From: Octopus vulgaris
Lineage: Eukaryota
Assembly (NCBI GenBank): GCA_951406725.2
Contig: OX597814.1
Location: 64,294,001 to 64,358,000 of the forward strand
Length of the DNA: 64,000 bases
Direction: 5' to 3'
Positions within the stretch are counted from its first letter, which is position 1; the number at the start of each line of letters is the position of its first letter. The notes below the pieces were generated by a model. That model ran no database searches. It had not been told where the DNA came from and worked only from the letters and a program-made list of their open reading frames with translations. Shown here piece after piece: positions 44,517 through 57,490 of the stretch. The position numbers were made by a program, and so were the translations under genes.

Positions 44517-44648
44517 ATTTATTTTATAGAAGGAGCTTCTACAGGACTAGAACTGTTTCATTCAAATGAAATCATCAGGAAGCTTCCTGATGATTTCATT
44601 TGAATGAAACAGTTCTAGTCCTGTAGAAGCTCCTTCTATAAAATAAAT
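44517..44648. repeat. Perfect 132-bp palindrome with no spacer, axis AAG|CTT at 44582/44583
   Basis: Checked base by base. Confidence 0.95.
44581..44631 (+). ncRNA. Minimal type I hammerhead ribozyme (mirror copy on the - strand)
   Basis: AGCTTC-CTGATGA-t.ttc/gaa.t-GAAA-CAG..CTG-TA-GAAGCT. Confidence 0.75.
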
Positions 44649-44716
44649 TAATTTACTCTGCTATGTATTGAGTACCTTACTTACTGTGGTTAACCCCGAC
44701 TCAACCCGGGACCTAC

Positions 44717-44776
<60 letters not shown>

Positions 44777-44856
44777 GCATACACATACACACAGTAAAAT
44801 GTATATGTATATATATATATTATTAAGTTTGTTCAGAGTTGCCTCTCTTAGGTACT

Positions 44857-44900
44857 TCCCATTGACAAGAGTCAAAAACTCGAAATATCGGTGTCTGAGA
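44857..44900 (+). ncRNA. Decayed minimal type I hammerhead
   Basis: tccca-TTGACAA-gagt/actc-GAAA-tatcggtg-TC-tgaga; differs from CTGACGA by two transitions. Confidence 0.5.
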
Positions 44901-45051
44901 TTCCCGAGAGATAGCGACACAGAACGAATCGGGTATTTTTACATCTTTTTACCGTAAGAAAGATTTTTTTTGTCCACGGTAACTGCGGTGTATTTGCCTT
45001 TAATCGTTGAAATATGTGACAGACATATTTCAACTAACCTAAGTTCTGTTG

Positions 45052-45186
<135 letters not shown>

Positions 45187-45438
45187 TGTGTGTGTGTCTT
45201 TGTGTCTGTGTTTGTCTCTCCGCCATCGCTTGACAACCGATGTTGGTGTGTCCTCGTAACTTAGCAGTTCCGCAAAAGACACCGATAGAATAAGTACTCC
45301 TCGGCTTACGAAGAGTAAGTCCAAAGGTCGATTTCTTCGACTAAAAGGCAGGACTCCAGCATGGTCACAGTCAAAATGACTGAAACAGTAAAAGAATAAA
45401 AGAGTATATGCATATTCATGTGTGTGTATATATACATG

Positions 45439-45497
<59 letters not shown>

Positions 45498-45688
45498 GTG
45501 TGTGTATGTATGTATGTATGTATGTATGTATGTAGCTGCGATGTGTCCCTAAAGTAACCACTTTTGAAATGGTTGGATTGGGTTTTAAAAAGCGTATTTA
45601 ATTTTACTTTATTACAAATAAATTTCATACATTAATTTTTTGTGTGTGTATGTGTGCTCGTGTATGTGATTATCCACGTATATACACA

Positions 45689-46315
45689 CTAGCTGAATAG
45701 TCCGTCCGATGCCGGCTAATTTTTACAATAAAATGTCTTACATAATTTTTTGTTTATTCCATGTCAAACCATGTCTTCCCAGACAGATAAGTCTCTTGAT
45801 CAGGACAGATTTGTGCAATTTTTCGAAAACTACTTAGTTGCGGATTTCTTTTTTCTGTTCGACCATTTCACGTGACTTTCTTCATTAAAACTTACTAAAA
45901 CTTTAGAAGTTCTAACAACTTTGGTCGTCGTAATGCTTTACTTTCGTTTGTTGAATACAATTTCCTCCTCGTAATGAATTTGTTTTCATTTTGTGACAGA
46001 CAGTTATCATGCAGAAAAAGCCGGCTTCCAAACCCTGTTTTCTGTTTAGTTAAAATTGATTAAACGTTAAACGTCAGTAACATTTTTCTGTAATTTTTCT
46101 GGAACAAATATATAGGAAAATGCGAAAATTATTTCAATATACAAAATTTGAAAATCTTGACGTAACTTTAAAATTTCACAATATCTGACTGCAACAGGGA
46201 AGACCCTACAAAAATAGAGAAACAGTTATAGGACGTCTCACACACACACACGCACAAACACACATTTACAAACACACACATAGGTAATCACGAGTTTAAA
46301 ATGATGTATAGTAGA
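45689..46315 (-). mobile_element. Helitron-like non-autonomous element
   Basis: Minus strand 5' TCTACTATA; 3' hairpin then CTAG|T. Confidence 0.6.
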
Positions 46316-46337
46316 CATATATATGTATGTATGTATG

Positions 46338-46425
<88 letters not shown>

Positions 46426-47093
46426 TGTCTGTGTATGTGTTTCTTTGCGATGGACAGTAGAAAAGCCACCTTCCCTCTCCCTCCTTAAAGCTACGTATTC
46501 CTCACACACACTTTCTTTCCTTTCTTCGGCATTTTAAATGTGTGTATGCATTTATCTATGTATTTACGAAAGTATGTATGCAGCGTCGCGTGTATATGAC
46601 GGCTGTATTAACGTTAACATCCCATGGCCACTCCCTATTTACCCCGCACTAACACTCTTTGCACCCTTCTCATTTTATCATACAATAGCCTAACCCCACT
46701 AGGGGACCCATTATAGATTTTTATTGAAATCCAATTAGCCTATATTTGAACTGGATGCTAGTTTTACACGTATGCAAAGTTCCTTCAAGATTAGTTTACT
46801 GGTGTAGACAGCAAGATGGTAACAGACAGACAGAAATTTTCACTTATATTCTTTTATTCTTTTACTCATTTGACTTCGGCCAAGGTGGAACACCGCCTTG
46901 CAGGGTGTTAGTCGAAGAAATCGACGCCAGACCTATTTTTTGTAAGCCTAATACTTATTCTATCGGTTTCTTTTGCCGAAACGCTAAGTTGCAGTGACAT
47001 AAACACATCAACACCGGTTGTCTTGCGATGGGGTGAGGACAAACAAAAACACAAAAACACATACATAATTATATACATACATACATACATACA

Positions 47094-47127
<34 letters not shown>

Positions 47128-47252
47128 CATACATGTGTATCGGACCACGGTAATGGTAACATCGTTCTTTTCGTCTGCTGTAAGGCTTAATTCTCAACAC
47201 GCCAGCTGAATTCAATTCGTCTCCAGTCGAAAGACGCATGTTGCTAATATCC

Positions 47253-47295
<43 letters not shown>

Positions 47296-47357
47296 GTTTT
47301 TTTGTATTTATATTCGTGTAACATCGTCCGTTTTTTTTTTTGTCCTTGTTTCGTATA

Positions 47358-47499
47358 CATTCGATCCTTTTTCCAAGGAATCTAATGCTCATACTTCAGT
47401 TTTTCCTTGGGGCTGGCCAGATTGGAGCAATCTCAAGATTAATCAGCCGAAATTGCGAGGATGATCCGGTTCTTGACTGAAGATTAAAGGCTTCGAATG
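47358..47499 (+). ncRNA. Permuted hammerhead-like RNA, copy A
   Basis: ggctg-gccagatt..GCAA-TC-TCAAGA..cagcc-GAAA-TTGC..gatccggt-TCTTGA-CTGAAGA. Confidence 0.7.
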
Positions 47500-47557
47500 A
47501 CCCGTCCGTGTTTTTTGCATCGTCTATTTGGATGTTTTGCGTTCTTGTCCCATTTTG

Positions 47558-47590
<33 letters not shown>

Positions 47591-48038
47591 TTCTTTTCTG
47601 TTCTCCAATATATATATTTATATATATATATAATTATGACGCGAAACTCTGTAACCCTTTGCTTGACCTTCCCTTCCTTCCTGTCTGTCTTCCTCTTTGC
47701 CTTCTCTCTCCTTCTTATTTTTCACCCTTCTGGTTTCCTTTCCTCTCTATCTCTCTCTCACTCTCACTCCTCCTCATCTCTCACACAGCCGAGTCGACTA
47801 CTTCCTTTCGCTGGCGGCCTCCTACAAGTGAACATGCTTTTTTCCTGCGCTCTTGAATTTTTCCATCGTTTAGGCTAAAAAAAGGCCCTCAATGTTTGTT
47901 TCCTTGTCCTGTTTTTATTCTTTATTTGTACTGTATTTTTTTGTATTTGAATTTTCATTTTGTATTTGTTTTTTATTTGTATTGTTTTTACGTCCTGTTT
48001 TTGTCACATTTTTTTCTTTCCTTGTTTTTACTCCTCTG

Positions 48039-48160
48039 CAAAGGAATTTTATTTAATTCTTTCGGAGGAAGGGCTAGTTCGACGAGTTGTGTTCTGTCCT
48101 TACCTTCGAAACACGCATGGAGTCGAACTAGGGACAGCTGACGAAGGGGAATTTTCCTTG
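48039..48160 (+). ncRNA. Permuted hammerhead-like RNA, copy D (divergent subfamily)
   Basis: gaagg-g-ctagttcgac..TGTG-TT-CTGTCC..ccttc-GAAA-CACG..gtcgaactag-GGACAG-CTGACGA. Confidence 0.75.
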
Positions 48161-48407
48161 TATTGTTTGTCTTGTACTCTGTTTTTTCGTTGTTAAAAAA
48201 AGTCCCTTTCCATGTTTGTTTTTACGTTTTCGTTTCTCGTTGAGTTCTACGTCTACTTGTGGTGTCCTGTACTCACATATATATATTTATATATGCATGT
48301 ATATATACATGTAGATGTAGGTACGTACATATATGTATGTATGCACATATTTTATTTATTAATTTATTGCATGACTGAGCGCCCTCGCGTCGTTTCGTTT
48401 CTTTTCT

Positions 48408-48492
<85 letters not shown>

Positions 48493-48553
48493 ACATATAT
48501 ATATACATATATATATATATACATATATATGTATATATATAAGTGTGTGTGTG

Positions 48554-48863
48554 TGGAGGAGCAATAGCCCAGTGGTTAGGGCAGCGAACTCGCGGCCGTA
48601 GGATCGCGGTTTCGATTCCCAGACCGGGCGTTGTGAGTGTTTATTGAGCGAAAACACCTAAAAAAGCTACTCGAAGCTCCGGCATTGGGTGGTGGCGATC
48701 CCTGCAGTACTCCTTCGCCACAACTTTCTCTCACTCTTTCTTCTGTAGGCCTGCACGCTTAGTCAGCGGGGTGATGTCATTTGAAGGCTAAAAGAATGCG
48801 AAGCGCATTGTGACCAGCGATGTATAGCAACATCTGATAGCCTGGTCGGTCACGGTGATCACG

Positions 48864-48868
<5 letters not shown>
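48554..48868 (+). mobile_element. tRNA-derived SINE family D
   Basis: A box tagcccagtgg, B box ggtttcgattccc, tail (cacggtgat)2. Confidence 0.8.
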
Positions 48869-48913
<45 letters not shown>

Positions 48914-48984
48914 GTAAAAAATAAATACAAACATGGACAAGAACAGAAACACCAAGGAGACGACACAAGAACCACAGGACGGGA

Positions 48985-49021
48985 CATTCGAAGCCCTCAG
49001 TCATCAGTCAAGAACCAGATC
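48985..49021 (-). ncRNA. Partial permuted hammerhead, copy C (CUGAUGA strand only)
   Basis: Minus strand gatctggt-TCTTGA-CTGATGA-ctgagggc-ttcgaatg, homologous to 47463-47499. Confidence 0.6.
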
Positions 49022-49183
49022 ATCGGGCTTCTGCCTACCAAATCCATTTAATCAGCTTTAATCAGCACGAGGCTATAGTAGAAGACACTTGCCCAAGGTG
49101 CCACGCAGCTGGACAGAACTCGGAACTATGTGGTTAAGAGGTAAGCTTCTTACCACTCAGCTACGCCTGTGCCTGTATCATTT

Positions 49184-49296
49184 ATAATCGTCAGAAGATG
49201 GAGAGTGACTCAAGGACCTAGAGTCTCGTGCGTTTGATAATTGCCAACGCACGAAACTCTCGGCCCTTGAGTCACAGTTTAACTTCTGCCGATTAT
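49184..49296. other. Long imperfect hairpin
   Basis: ataatcg.cagaag/cttctg.cgattat, gtgactcaagg/ccttgagtcac, tcgtgcgtt/aacgcacga. Confidence 0.8.
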
Positions 49297-49377
49297 CAAT
49301 AAAAAACGAATACGCATTTTATTCTCGTGTTTGCATCACCAAACCTGTGTATGTGTGTGTGTGTGTGGTTGTGTGTG

Positions 49378-49410
<33 letters not shown>

Positions 49411-49881
49411 CTGTGTGTCTGTGTGTGTGTGTGTCTGTGTGTGTGCGCGCGTGCGTGCGTGTTCTTGCTTTAAGAATATGTATTGTTCATTCTTATTATT
49501 TGAAATCGACTGGTCATTTCAGCAAAATCCTGTCTACAGAATTGGCTCTCTCTCTCTCTTCTTTTCTGTTTATCAATAATTTATTGGTCAACTTGTTCAC
49601 CGAACTACACAGCGAATTTCTAAAAGCACCTTAACTTAGCGGTTCGGCTTAAGAGACGTATAGAATGAATACTGGTGCCGATTACTTCGACTAAACCCTT
49701 CAAGACTGTCCCAGCATGGCCGCAATCCAATAACTGAAACAAGTAAACAGAGAAAAAGAAAATATATATGCGCGCACGCACACACACACACACACACACA
49801 TACATATACATACTTATATACATGTATATAGACGTTGACATTTTCCAATCACCGCCCAAACATGAATTTCGCATCTCTCTC

Positions 49882-49937
<56 letters not shown>

Positions 49938-50980
49938 CTTCATCCTTAGTTATTTCACTTGACTCCGCCTTCAATTCTTTCTCCAACCATCTTACAAGCA
50001 GTTCATATTCCTCCTCCTCCTACACCTCTTTGTCTCCTGGCTTCATCCCTTCCCTACACTCTTTCCCATCCCCTCTCTCTCTCTCTTTCCTTCTTCTGTT
50101 TCCTCTCTCTCCATCTGTTCAGTCCTCTATTATTTTACTATGTCCTGCCTTCACCAGCCTCCAACCATTTTCCTTCGAGCCTAATTTTAATAACTCCGCC
50201 TCATCCTGGTTTCCTCCCCATCCACCATCTCAATGCAGCTTTCTCCTCTTTCACCTCCTCCTGCATCTTCTCTTCTTTCACACCGTCTTCCTTCACCTCC
50301 TCATGACGACCTGCTTTCTGATGCATTACCTTAACCGCGTATTCTTCTCCCTCGTCTTTCTCGTTCCTATTCACCTCTTCCTGCAGCTCTTACTCGCTCA
50401 CTCTCTCTCTATAACACACACACACATTCTCTCTCTGTTACACATACACAAACTTCATGCCACGCCTCCCACTTTTTCTCCTACCTGTCATCTGCTACAG
50501 TTTTACCGTGTCTGTGTGTTTGCTTATCTAATTCGATACATTCACAGTCGACAGTATACACAAAGCGAAGGGATATCAGTCACTAGGAAGCATTTCTATC
50601 AACTGGTAACAGCAGTTGGCAGTATATACGTATATAATGAGAAGAGAGTCTATGTAACGGAGGAAGTATTTCTAAGCAGTGTCGCTCAGTTAGCTAGAAA
50701 TAGCAGCTAAATATCATTCACATTAGACTTTGCTGTCTATTATAGCGAAGCCTGTATTTACAATCTGGTCTCAAATACAGGGAAATGACTAGATAATCAA
50801 AGTTGATTATCGGTCTGTTTGGTCATGGCTGACCTGGGGCTAAATAATGACAGCCACCTGATCATATCTCTCTCTCTCTCTGTCTTTGTTTCTCTCCTTC
50901 TTTCTTTCCTTCTGTATCTGCTTGTCTCCCTCAGTCTTTGTCTCTGTCTGTCTCTCTGTTTCTATCTGTCTGTCTCTCTA

Positions 50981-51011
<31 letters not shown>

Positions 51012-51599
51012 TTCTCTCTCTCTCTCGCTCTCTCTCTCGCCCTCGAAATTATACATTCACTACTTCCACGTCACATATTGTCCTTTTCTGTTCTTCATTT
51101 CCTCTTTAAAAATAGTCGAATAAAGCGTAGAATACGTTCATTCATATGTTATACATTGTTGCAAATTTATATTACATGCATATATTAACTAACGGCACAC
51201 ACACACACACACACACAAACACACACAAACACGCACGCGCGCGCGCATGCATGTGGTTTTTATTTCCATATACTTCGGAATGACCACAAAACCAAATATT
51301 AATATTTTGAATGTATTTAACATGTGCGTCTGCAATAGTTACATAACAATAACTTAATATAGAACAAAAAAACTTCGTCAGTCGACATTTCATGACAGGA
51401 AGGTATCTTTTATCTTTTAATTATTTTATACGATGGACAGCGGTCATGCTGGGGCAGCCTGGTACTTATTCTATCGGTCTCTTTTGCAGAACCGCTGATA
51501 TACGGCTAATATACATAAACAAACCAACAGCGAGCAACAAACATACACAAGCACGCAGAAACATATATATATATATCTTAGACAACTTAGATTGGTTTT

Positions 51600-52860
51600 G
51601 GCCATTATCGGCTCAGGCTACGACTAACTCAATAGCACCACCTGGAAAAGTCTTTTAGTTAATTATTTCGGGGCACGATGGACCACCCAAGTAGAGAGTT
51701 GTTGTTGGTTGAGACGTATCCAGGTGTAGGTCGTTTATCCGGTATTTCCTGGAGGAATTTGTCTAGGTACCGTTTGAAAGTTGTGGTGTCTTTTTCTACT
51801 TTAATTTCTTTCGGGATAACATTGAAAAGTGCCGGACCATTTGTAGTGAATAAATTGTGTCGCAATGTTTTTATGTGAAGTGATCTCGATCTTTGTAGGG
51901 GACGCATTGCACGGGGGCCTAGTCTTGGGTGCATTGTAAACATAATACCGATATCATTTAGATAATATTGGTGGAATATTTTCCACATGGTGCAAATAAG
52001 GTATCGCTCACGTCGGCGTTGCAGAGTATAGAGTTTCAGCTGTTTAAATCGAGTCCAATAATCTCTCTCTATATAAACGGCAGTTTGTCTGTGCGTGTTT
52101 CTGTGTGTCTGTTTTCTCGTACCCTCACTCTGACCACAGCTTTCAACCGATTCTGATGAAACTTGACACACACATAGCCCAATGTCATAATTCAAAACTA
52201 ACGCAGCGAAAATTTTGAAAAGTTCCCCCAGTTCTGAAAAAAATCGATAAATTCGACATGGGGTCGAGAATCAGAAACACGAACCACAAACTGTCTAGGA
52301 GACGCAACTCCACCTTTTTTAAATCTCAAAAAAAAATTTACCATCATTTTTTTCCATTTTTTTGCTATAACTCTCTAAAAATGCTTTATAGTTATTTTCC
52401 TTACAAACCTGAGCAACGCCGGGCGATACTGCTAGTCAAGTATAAATGGCATCATCATGCCATTTATTTTTTTAGTGATTGATCTTTGTGGCGCTTCAAT
52501 CCTCATTATAGCTTGTTTTTTGTAGGGGAACTCGAATGGCAGCAGTATTCGAGGTGGGGGTCTAGCGAATGTGGGGAAGAGAAGGATGATGGCTTCATGA
52601 TCCCAAGATTGAAAAGTTCTGAGAATCCAGGTTCTGCGGATAACATCGACTTATTTATTGATACGCACACTCCAGCTAAGGCTCCTGTTGAAGTTACCGA
52701 ACTCTCTAATAGTATCCGACGGTTCAAGTAGGTCTCCCGACGGTAGTATGTATGGTTGTTTGAGTGTGCCCTCTTTTCCAAAGTGAATACGCTCAAATTT
52801 CTCTTCGCTCAGCTGAATGTTGTTTTTTGTTTTTTGTGCCCACTGGATTACTGCACATAG
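51600..52860 (-). mobile_element. CR1-like LINE 3' region interrupted by a Helitron
   Basis: PHLEYCC, LYTLQRRRERYL, FKRYLDKFL motifs. Confidence 0.85.
52062..52435 (+). mobile_element. Non-autonomous Helitron
   Basis: A|TC...gagcaacgccgggcgatactgCTAG|T; no TSD. Confidence 0.9.
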
Positions 52861-52861
52861 G

Positions 52862-52932
<71 letters not shown>

Positions 52933-53203
52933 GAGTGAGTGGACAGACGAAAGAAAAAGAAAGACACGCAATGCATTAACTGCTGCATAATAGTTTGACT
53001 CTTACAGAAACCTATCACATTCGGGCTCATATATATATATATATATATATATGAGTGTGTGTGTATGTATGTATGTATGTATGTATGTATACACATACAT
53101 ACATACATAATACATACATACATGCATACATACATACATACATACATACATACATACATACATACATACATACATACATACATACATACATACAAGCATA
53201 CAT

Positions 53204-53248
<45 letters not shown>

Positions 53249-53249
53249 T

Positions 53250-54000
53250 TGAAACACCTTAAATTTCAAACAAATTTATGGCAGTAATTACAGTTTGAAT
53301 TCTACGGGTCATGGCCTCATCACAGATCCTCCCCCACCTTTAACAGTTTGAAGAAGGCAGTCTGAGTCAAATGTTTCTTTTGGCTGTTTCCACACGTATA
53401 TTCAAACGGTGGTCTGAAATATGGTAAAGGATGACTCGTCCGAGAAAATAACATTCTTCCATTGCTCTACAGACCAATTTCGTAGGTTTTTACTCCAATC
53501 TGAACGCTTTGTAACGTTTGATTTTGAAAGTATTAGTTTTCTAATTGCAGCCCTCTTGTGAAATCAGGCTTTGTGCAGCTGCCGGCGAACAATTTTTGTG
53601 GAAACTGGGTTCTCGAGGTGGTCATTAGGCTCTGCAGTAATTTTGGGAGCTGTACTTTCGTAATCCTTTCTAACAATTCGCGTAAGAGTCCGTGGTCCCT
53701 ATCTGAAAGTTTTGGTTTCCTTCCGGAGTTTTGTTTCGACGAGGAGATTTTTCCCTCTTTCTCAAAGGCTGTCATTACTTTCGAGAGAGTACTTCTTGAT
53801 ACACCAAATATTTCGGCTGTTTTTGTTACGCAAGCCATACGAACACCAACAATTTGACCTCTTTGAAAGTCCGATCGATCAATCATTTTAATGAATTTTA
53901 ATTTCCATTTTCTGATTATGTCTGAAAAGAAACAGTAAGTTTAGCCAAACATATTAAGCAACAATTGATAATAAATGAAAAAAACATAACTAAAAAATAT
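53250..54000 (-). mobile_element. Internally deleted Tc1 copy (same family as 21329-22563)
   Basis: DFQRGQIVGVRMA..KQNSGRKPKLSDRD. Confidence 0.9.
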
Positions 54001-54098
54001 GGATAGATAGACAGACAGATAGATAGATAGATAGATAGATGGACAGATTCTCCATCATTCTCTCCCTCACGTTCTGTCTGTCTGTCTCTCCCTCTCTC

Positions 54099-54137
<39 letters not shown>

Positions 54138-54210
54138 TCTTTCTCTCTTCTTTGCAATTATTTTTTATCCGCTTGATGTTTTCACATGTGTATCTGTTTG
54201 TGTTGCTCTG

Positions 54211-54260
<50 letters not shown>

Positions 54261-54744
54261 TCTTTCTTTCATTTAACTACTCACTCACAAACACATACAT
54301 GCACACACACACACACACACATACACACATACACACACGGACACAATCTCCAGCTCCCTCTCTCTCTCTCTCTCTCTCATAATCTTTATGTCAGTTTATG
54401 TATGTCCACTTTCTCCCACGGTGCACATACACATGCAGATTCTACCTCTCCCTCCCACATTTCCCACCACCATACACACTTATCAAAAGGTTCACACATA
54501 TTCCCTATGCAAGACCCAATCTCTCTTACAAACACTGGCAAAAATCTGACACTCATACATATACATATCTACACATACTATCAAACACACACGCACACAA
54601 TACACACACGCACACAACACACACACTGTACACACTCACACATATATACATATACATAACAGTTTCTTTTCCTACTTCACACCGTTCCAAACCATCCACC
54701 TTTATAATGTGCTGTCTGTGTGATATCTGGTAAATGTAATATCC

Positions 54745-54821
<77 letters not shown>

Positions 54822-54889
54822 ACATATAAACACAGAAACACACTAAACACACACACACGCACACACACACACACACACACACTCACACA

Positions 54890-56995
54890 CAGAGCTAGGC
54901 GTAAGTTCGTTAATCCCTTAATAGTTAATTGACGAAGTTAACATCTTCGTTAACAATTTAACTTTTTAAGTTAACTTTGAAAATCATTATCGGACTAATT
55001 AACTTCCGTTAGATTTAGCTTCCGTTAACCCCAAAATTTCATAAAACCGCTAAACGTTTAAAAGTTTCTATTGTTTTTAGATTTTCATAGCACATTTAAT
55101 ATTGTACGCGTCACTTATAAATAACTTCTAGGGCTTCATTTGGCCCTGCCTGGATTTGAAACCAAATCCACCTGCTTGCTGCTTGCAAAGACAGCGGGAA
55201 ATTTCTTTGTCTTGTCAAGAGGGAACAGTGATTGATGTTTTCCACTTGATCCGTGGCCTCGCTGAGATGGATGTCAACAGAGAAAATATTGACTTTCATA
55301 AAGTGATAAAAATAAATGGAAGGAAAAAAGTTGGTAATATTTTGGTGTAAACGCAAATATTTCGGTGTGAACACAAATAGCTGTTACGTGGTAGCAGGGC
55401 ATGCTAGAAATAACAGCCAAATCTTTCCTTTTCTAGAAAAAGGAGCCATTTATGCGTGATTTCGTTGTCACATTCGTTGAAAGCATGCAAAATAACCTGG
55501 TAAACAAAAAAAAAACCCTTGGTCGGAAACTTCGAGGTCCCCACCACCCACCCACCTTTCTTTTCCGGAAAAAAGTGACTTGTGACAGATTTGGAGGTCA
55601 GATAAGGTGAATACACCTGAAAAAACTCTGGGAATAAATTATTCCATACCGAGGTACGAAATATTTACCGAAGGGATAAAATCTTGCACCGATTATACCT
55701 GTATTTTAATTAATTTAAATTAATGTACCTCATCTTTAAAAGTGGCAAAACTTTTGTCGGCTGCCATCTGGGATAATTTTACTAACAAATCAAACAGGTA
55801 AAATGCATTAAGAATACCAATTTTAGTGTTTATCCATAATGTTATTGCTTTTACACTTGTTAATTAGATTTACCTTCCCATAAAAGTCAAATTTACTCAG
55901 CTAAAATTGCATAACTATAAACCAGTGGTACATAAAGCACCCACTGACATAATTTCAAATCTGTATGTAAAAAATTTACAAAGTTACAAGCAAATATTGT
56001 GGACACCCCTCCTGAACCTGAATAATTCAAAATAACGTGAACAAAGAAGCATTACATTTGACAGGTTAATATGAGCACAAAAATGTTTTTAGGTGGGTTT
56101 TTTTCTTACACTCACACATTACACGGTCACTCGGTCGGGACTACACGTGTGTTTCTTTGGCATCATCACTCCATAAAAATTGTTTATGAGGAGAGAAATA
56201 TTGAAAAATATGTATGTGTGAGTGAGAAAGAAACGAGGAACTTGGTTTTGGGATGTGCTAGAAACAACAACCAGATCTCCTTTAAATCACACATTTTCCT
56301 CTGAAGTAATTCACAATTTTTTTAAAACTGAAAATGTTTCTCTTGCGGGTTTTAAGTGGGTAGTAAAAAAAATGGCCGAAATCGTGTCGGACTGGGATGG
56401 TTAGGGGCAGGGGAAGTGAAGAAAACATTTTTTAAAATTTTTCTTTTTTTTTTTTCGTGAAAAGATGCCTCCCATCATTTTGAAGACTTTGGTGAAGTTG
56501 GAATTTCCCCGTCAAAACGGGGAAATTCCAACTTCTGTGGGCCGTCTGATCCGAAACTCCGTTTTCCAGAAACTCCCCCGCCCCCTTCCAAAGATTTTGC
56601 ATGCAAATTTCTTTGTAATCCTAATCTACACCGTTTGAAAGGTATTTGTATTAAATTTCATTAAAAAAAACACCTATTTTCCAGAAAGTTATGAGGGGGA
56701 AAATGTCAGGTCCTGTGAGTTTTCCGAAATTCCTCTCGCCAACCCCATCGGAAAATTTTTGCAACAAATATTTTCAAGTACACAATTTACAGAATATAAG
56801 CGATTATTTGGTGAAAGTTTCTTTAAAAAGTATCCATTTTTATGGAAGTTATAAGACAACAAAGTCAGTGGGGGTATTAAACTGTAGTTATGCTTTTTTC
56901 GATGAAAGTTAATGTTAACGGATTAACGTTAACTTCCGTTACGTTTACAAAGAATTAACGGATTAACGATTAACGAAGTTAACTTTTCGATGGTA
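54890..56995. mobile_element. Possible non-autonomous DNA transposon (hAT-like) with GTTAAC-rich subterminal repeats
   Basis: cagagctaggc start; ttcgttaatc/gattaacgaa repeats mirrored at 54900-55030 and 56905-56990; right TIR not seen. Confidence 0.45.
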
Positions 56996-57262
56996 GAGGG
57001 AGAAACACAGACACAAACACACACACACACATACATACATGCATACATGAATACATACATACATACATACATACATACATACATACATACATACATACAA
57101 ATATATATAAATATACATGCACGACGGGATCCACTATACATATATACATATATGTATAGAGAGAGAGGGGGGGAGAAAATGCTAATGAAAGGGGGACGTG
57201 TGCATGTCAGTCTCTCTCTCTCTCTTTCTCACTCTTTCTGTCTGTCTGTCTCTGTCTGTCTG

Positions 57263-57296
<34 letters not shown>

Positions 57297-57412
57297 AGGT
57301 TTTATCAAACATTGTACGTTTGAATGTATGTATTTGTGTGCTTAGTTGCATGTCTATATATGTGCGTGTGCCTATATCTGCTGCCTACTTTACTGACACA
57401 TAGGACACACAC

Positions 57413-57490
<78 letters not shown>

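Noticed and set aside
44869-44935. Alternative permuted hammerhead reading (GAAA-TATC..GTGTC-TGAGA..GATA-GC-GACAC)
   Set aside because: Needs a defective core and a GC instead of UH; a decayed canonical type I fits better
48554-48625. tRNA-like sequence (also at 13588 and about 12970)
   Set aside because: Continues into a SINE body and lacks a clean cloverleaf or terminator; these are SINE heads
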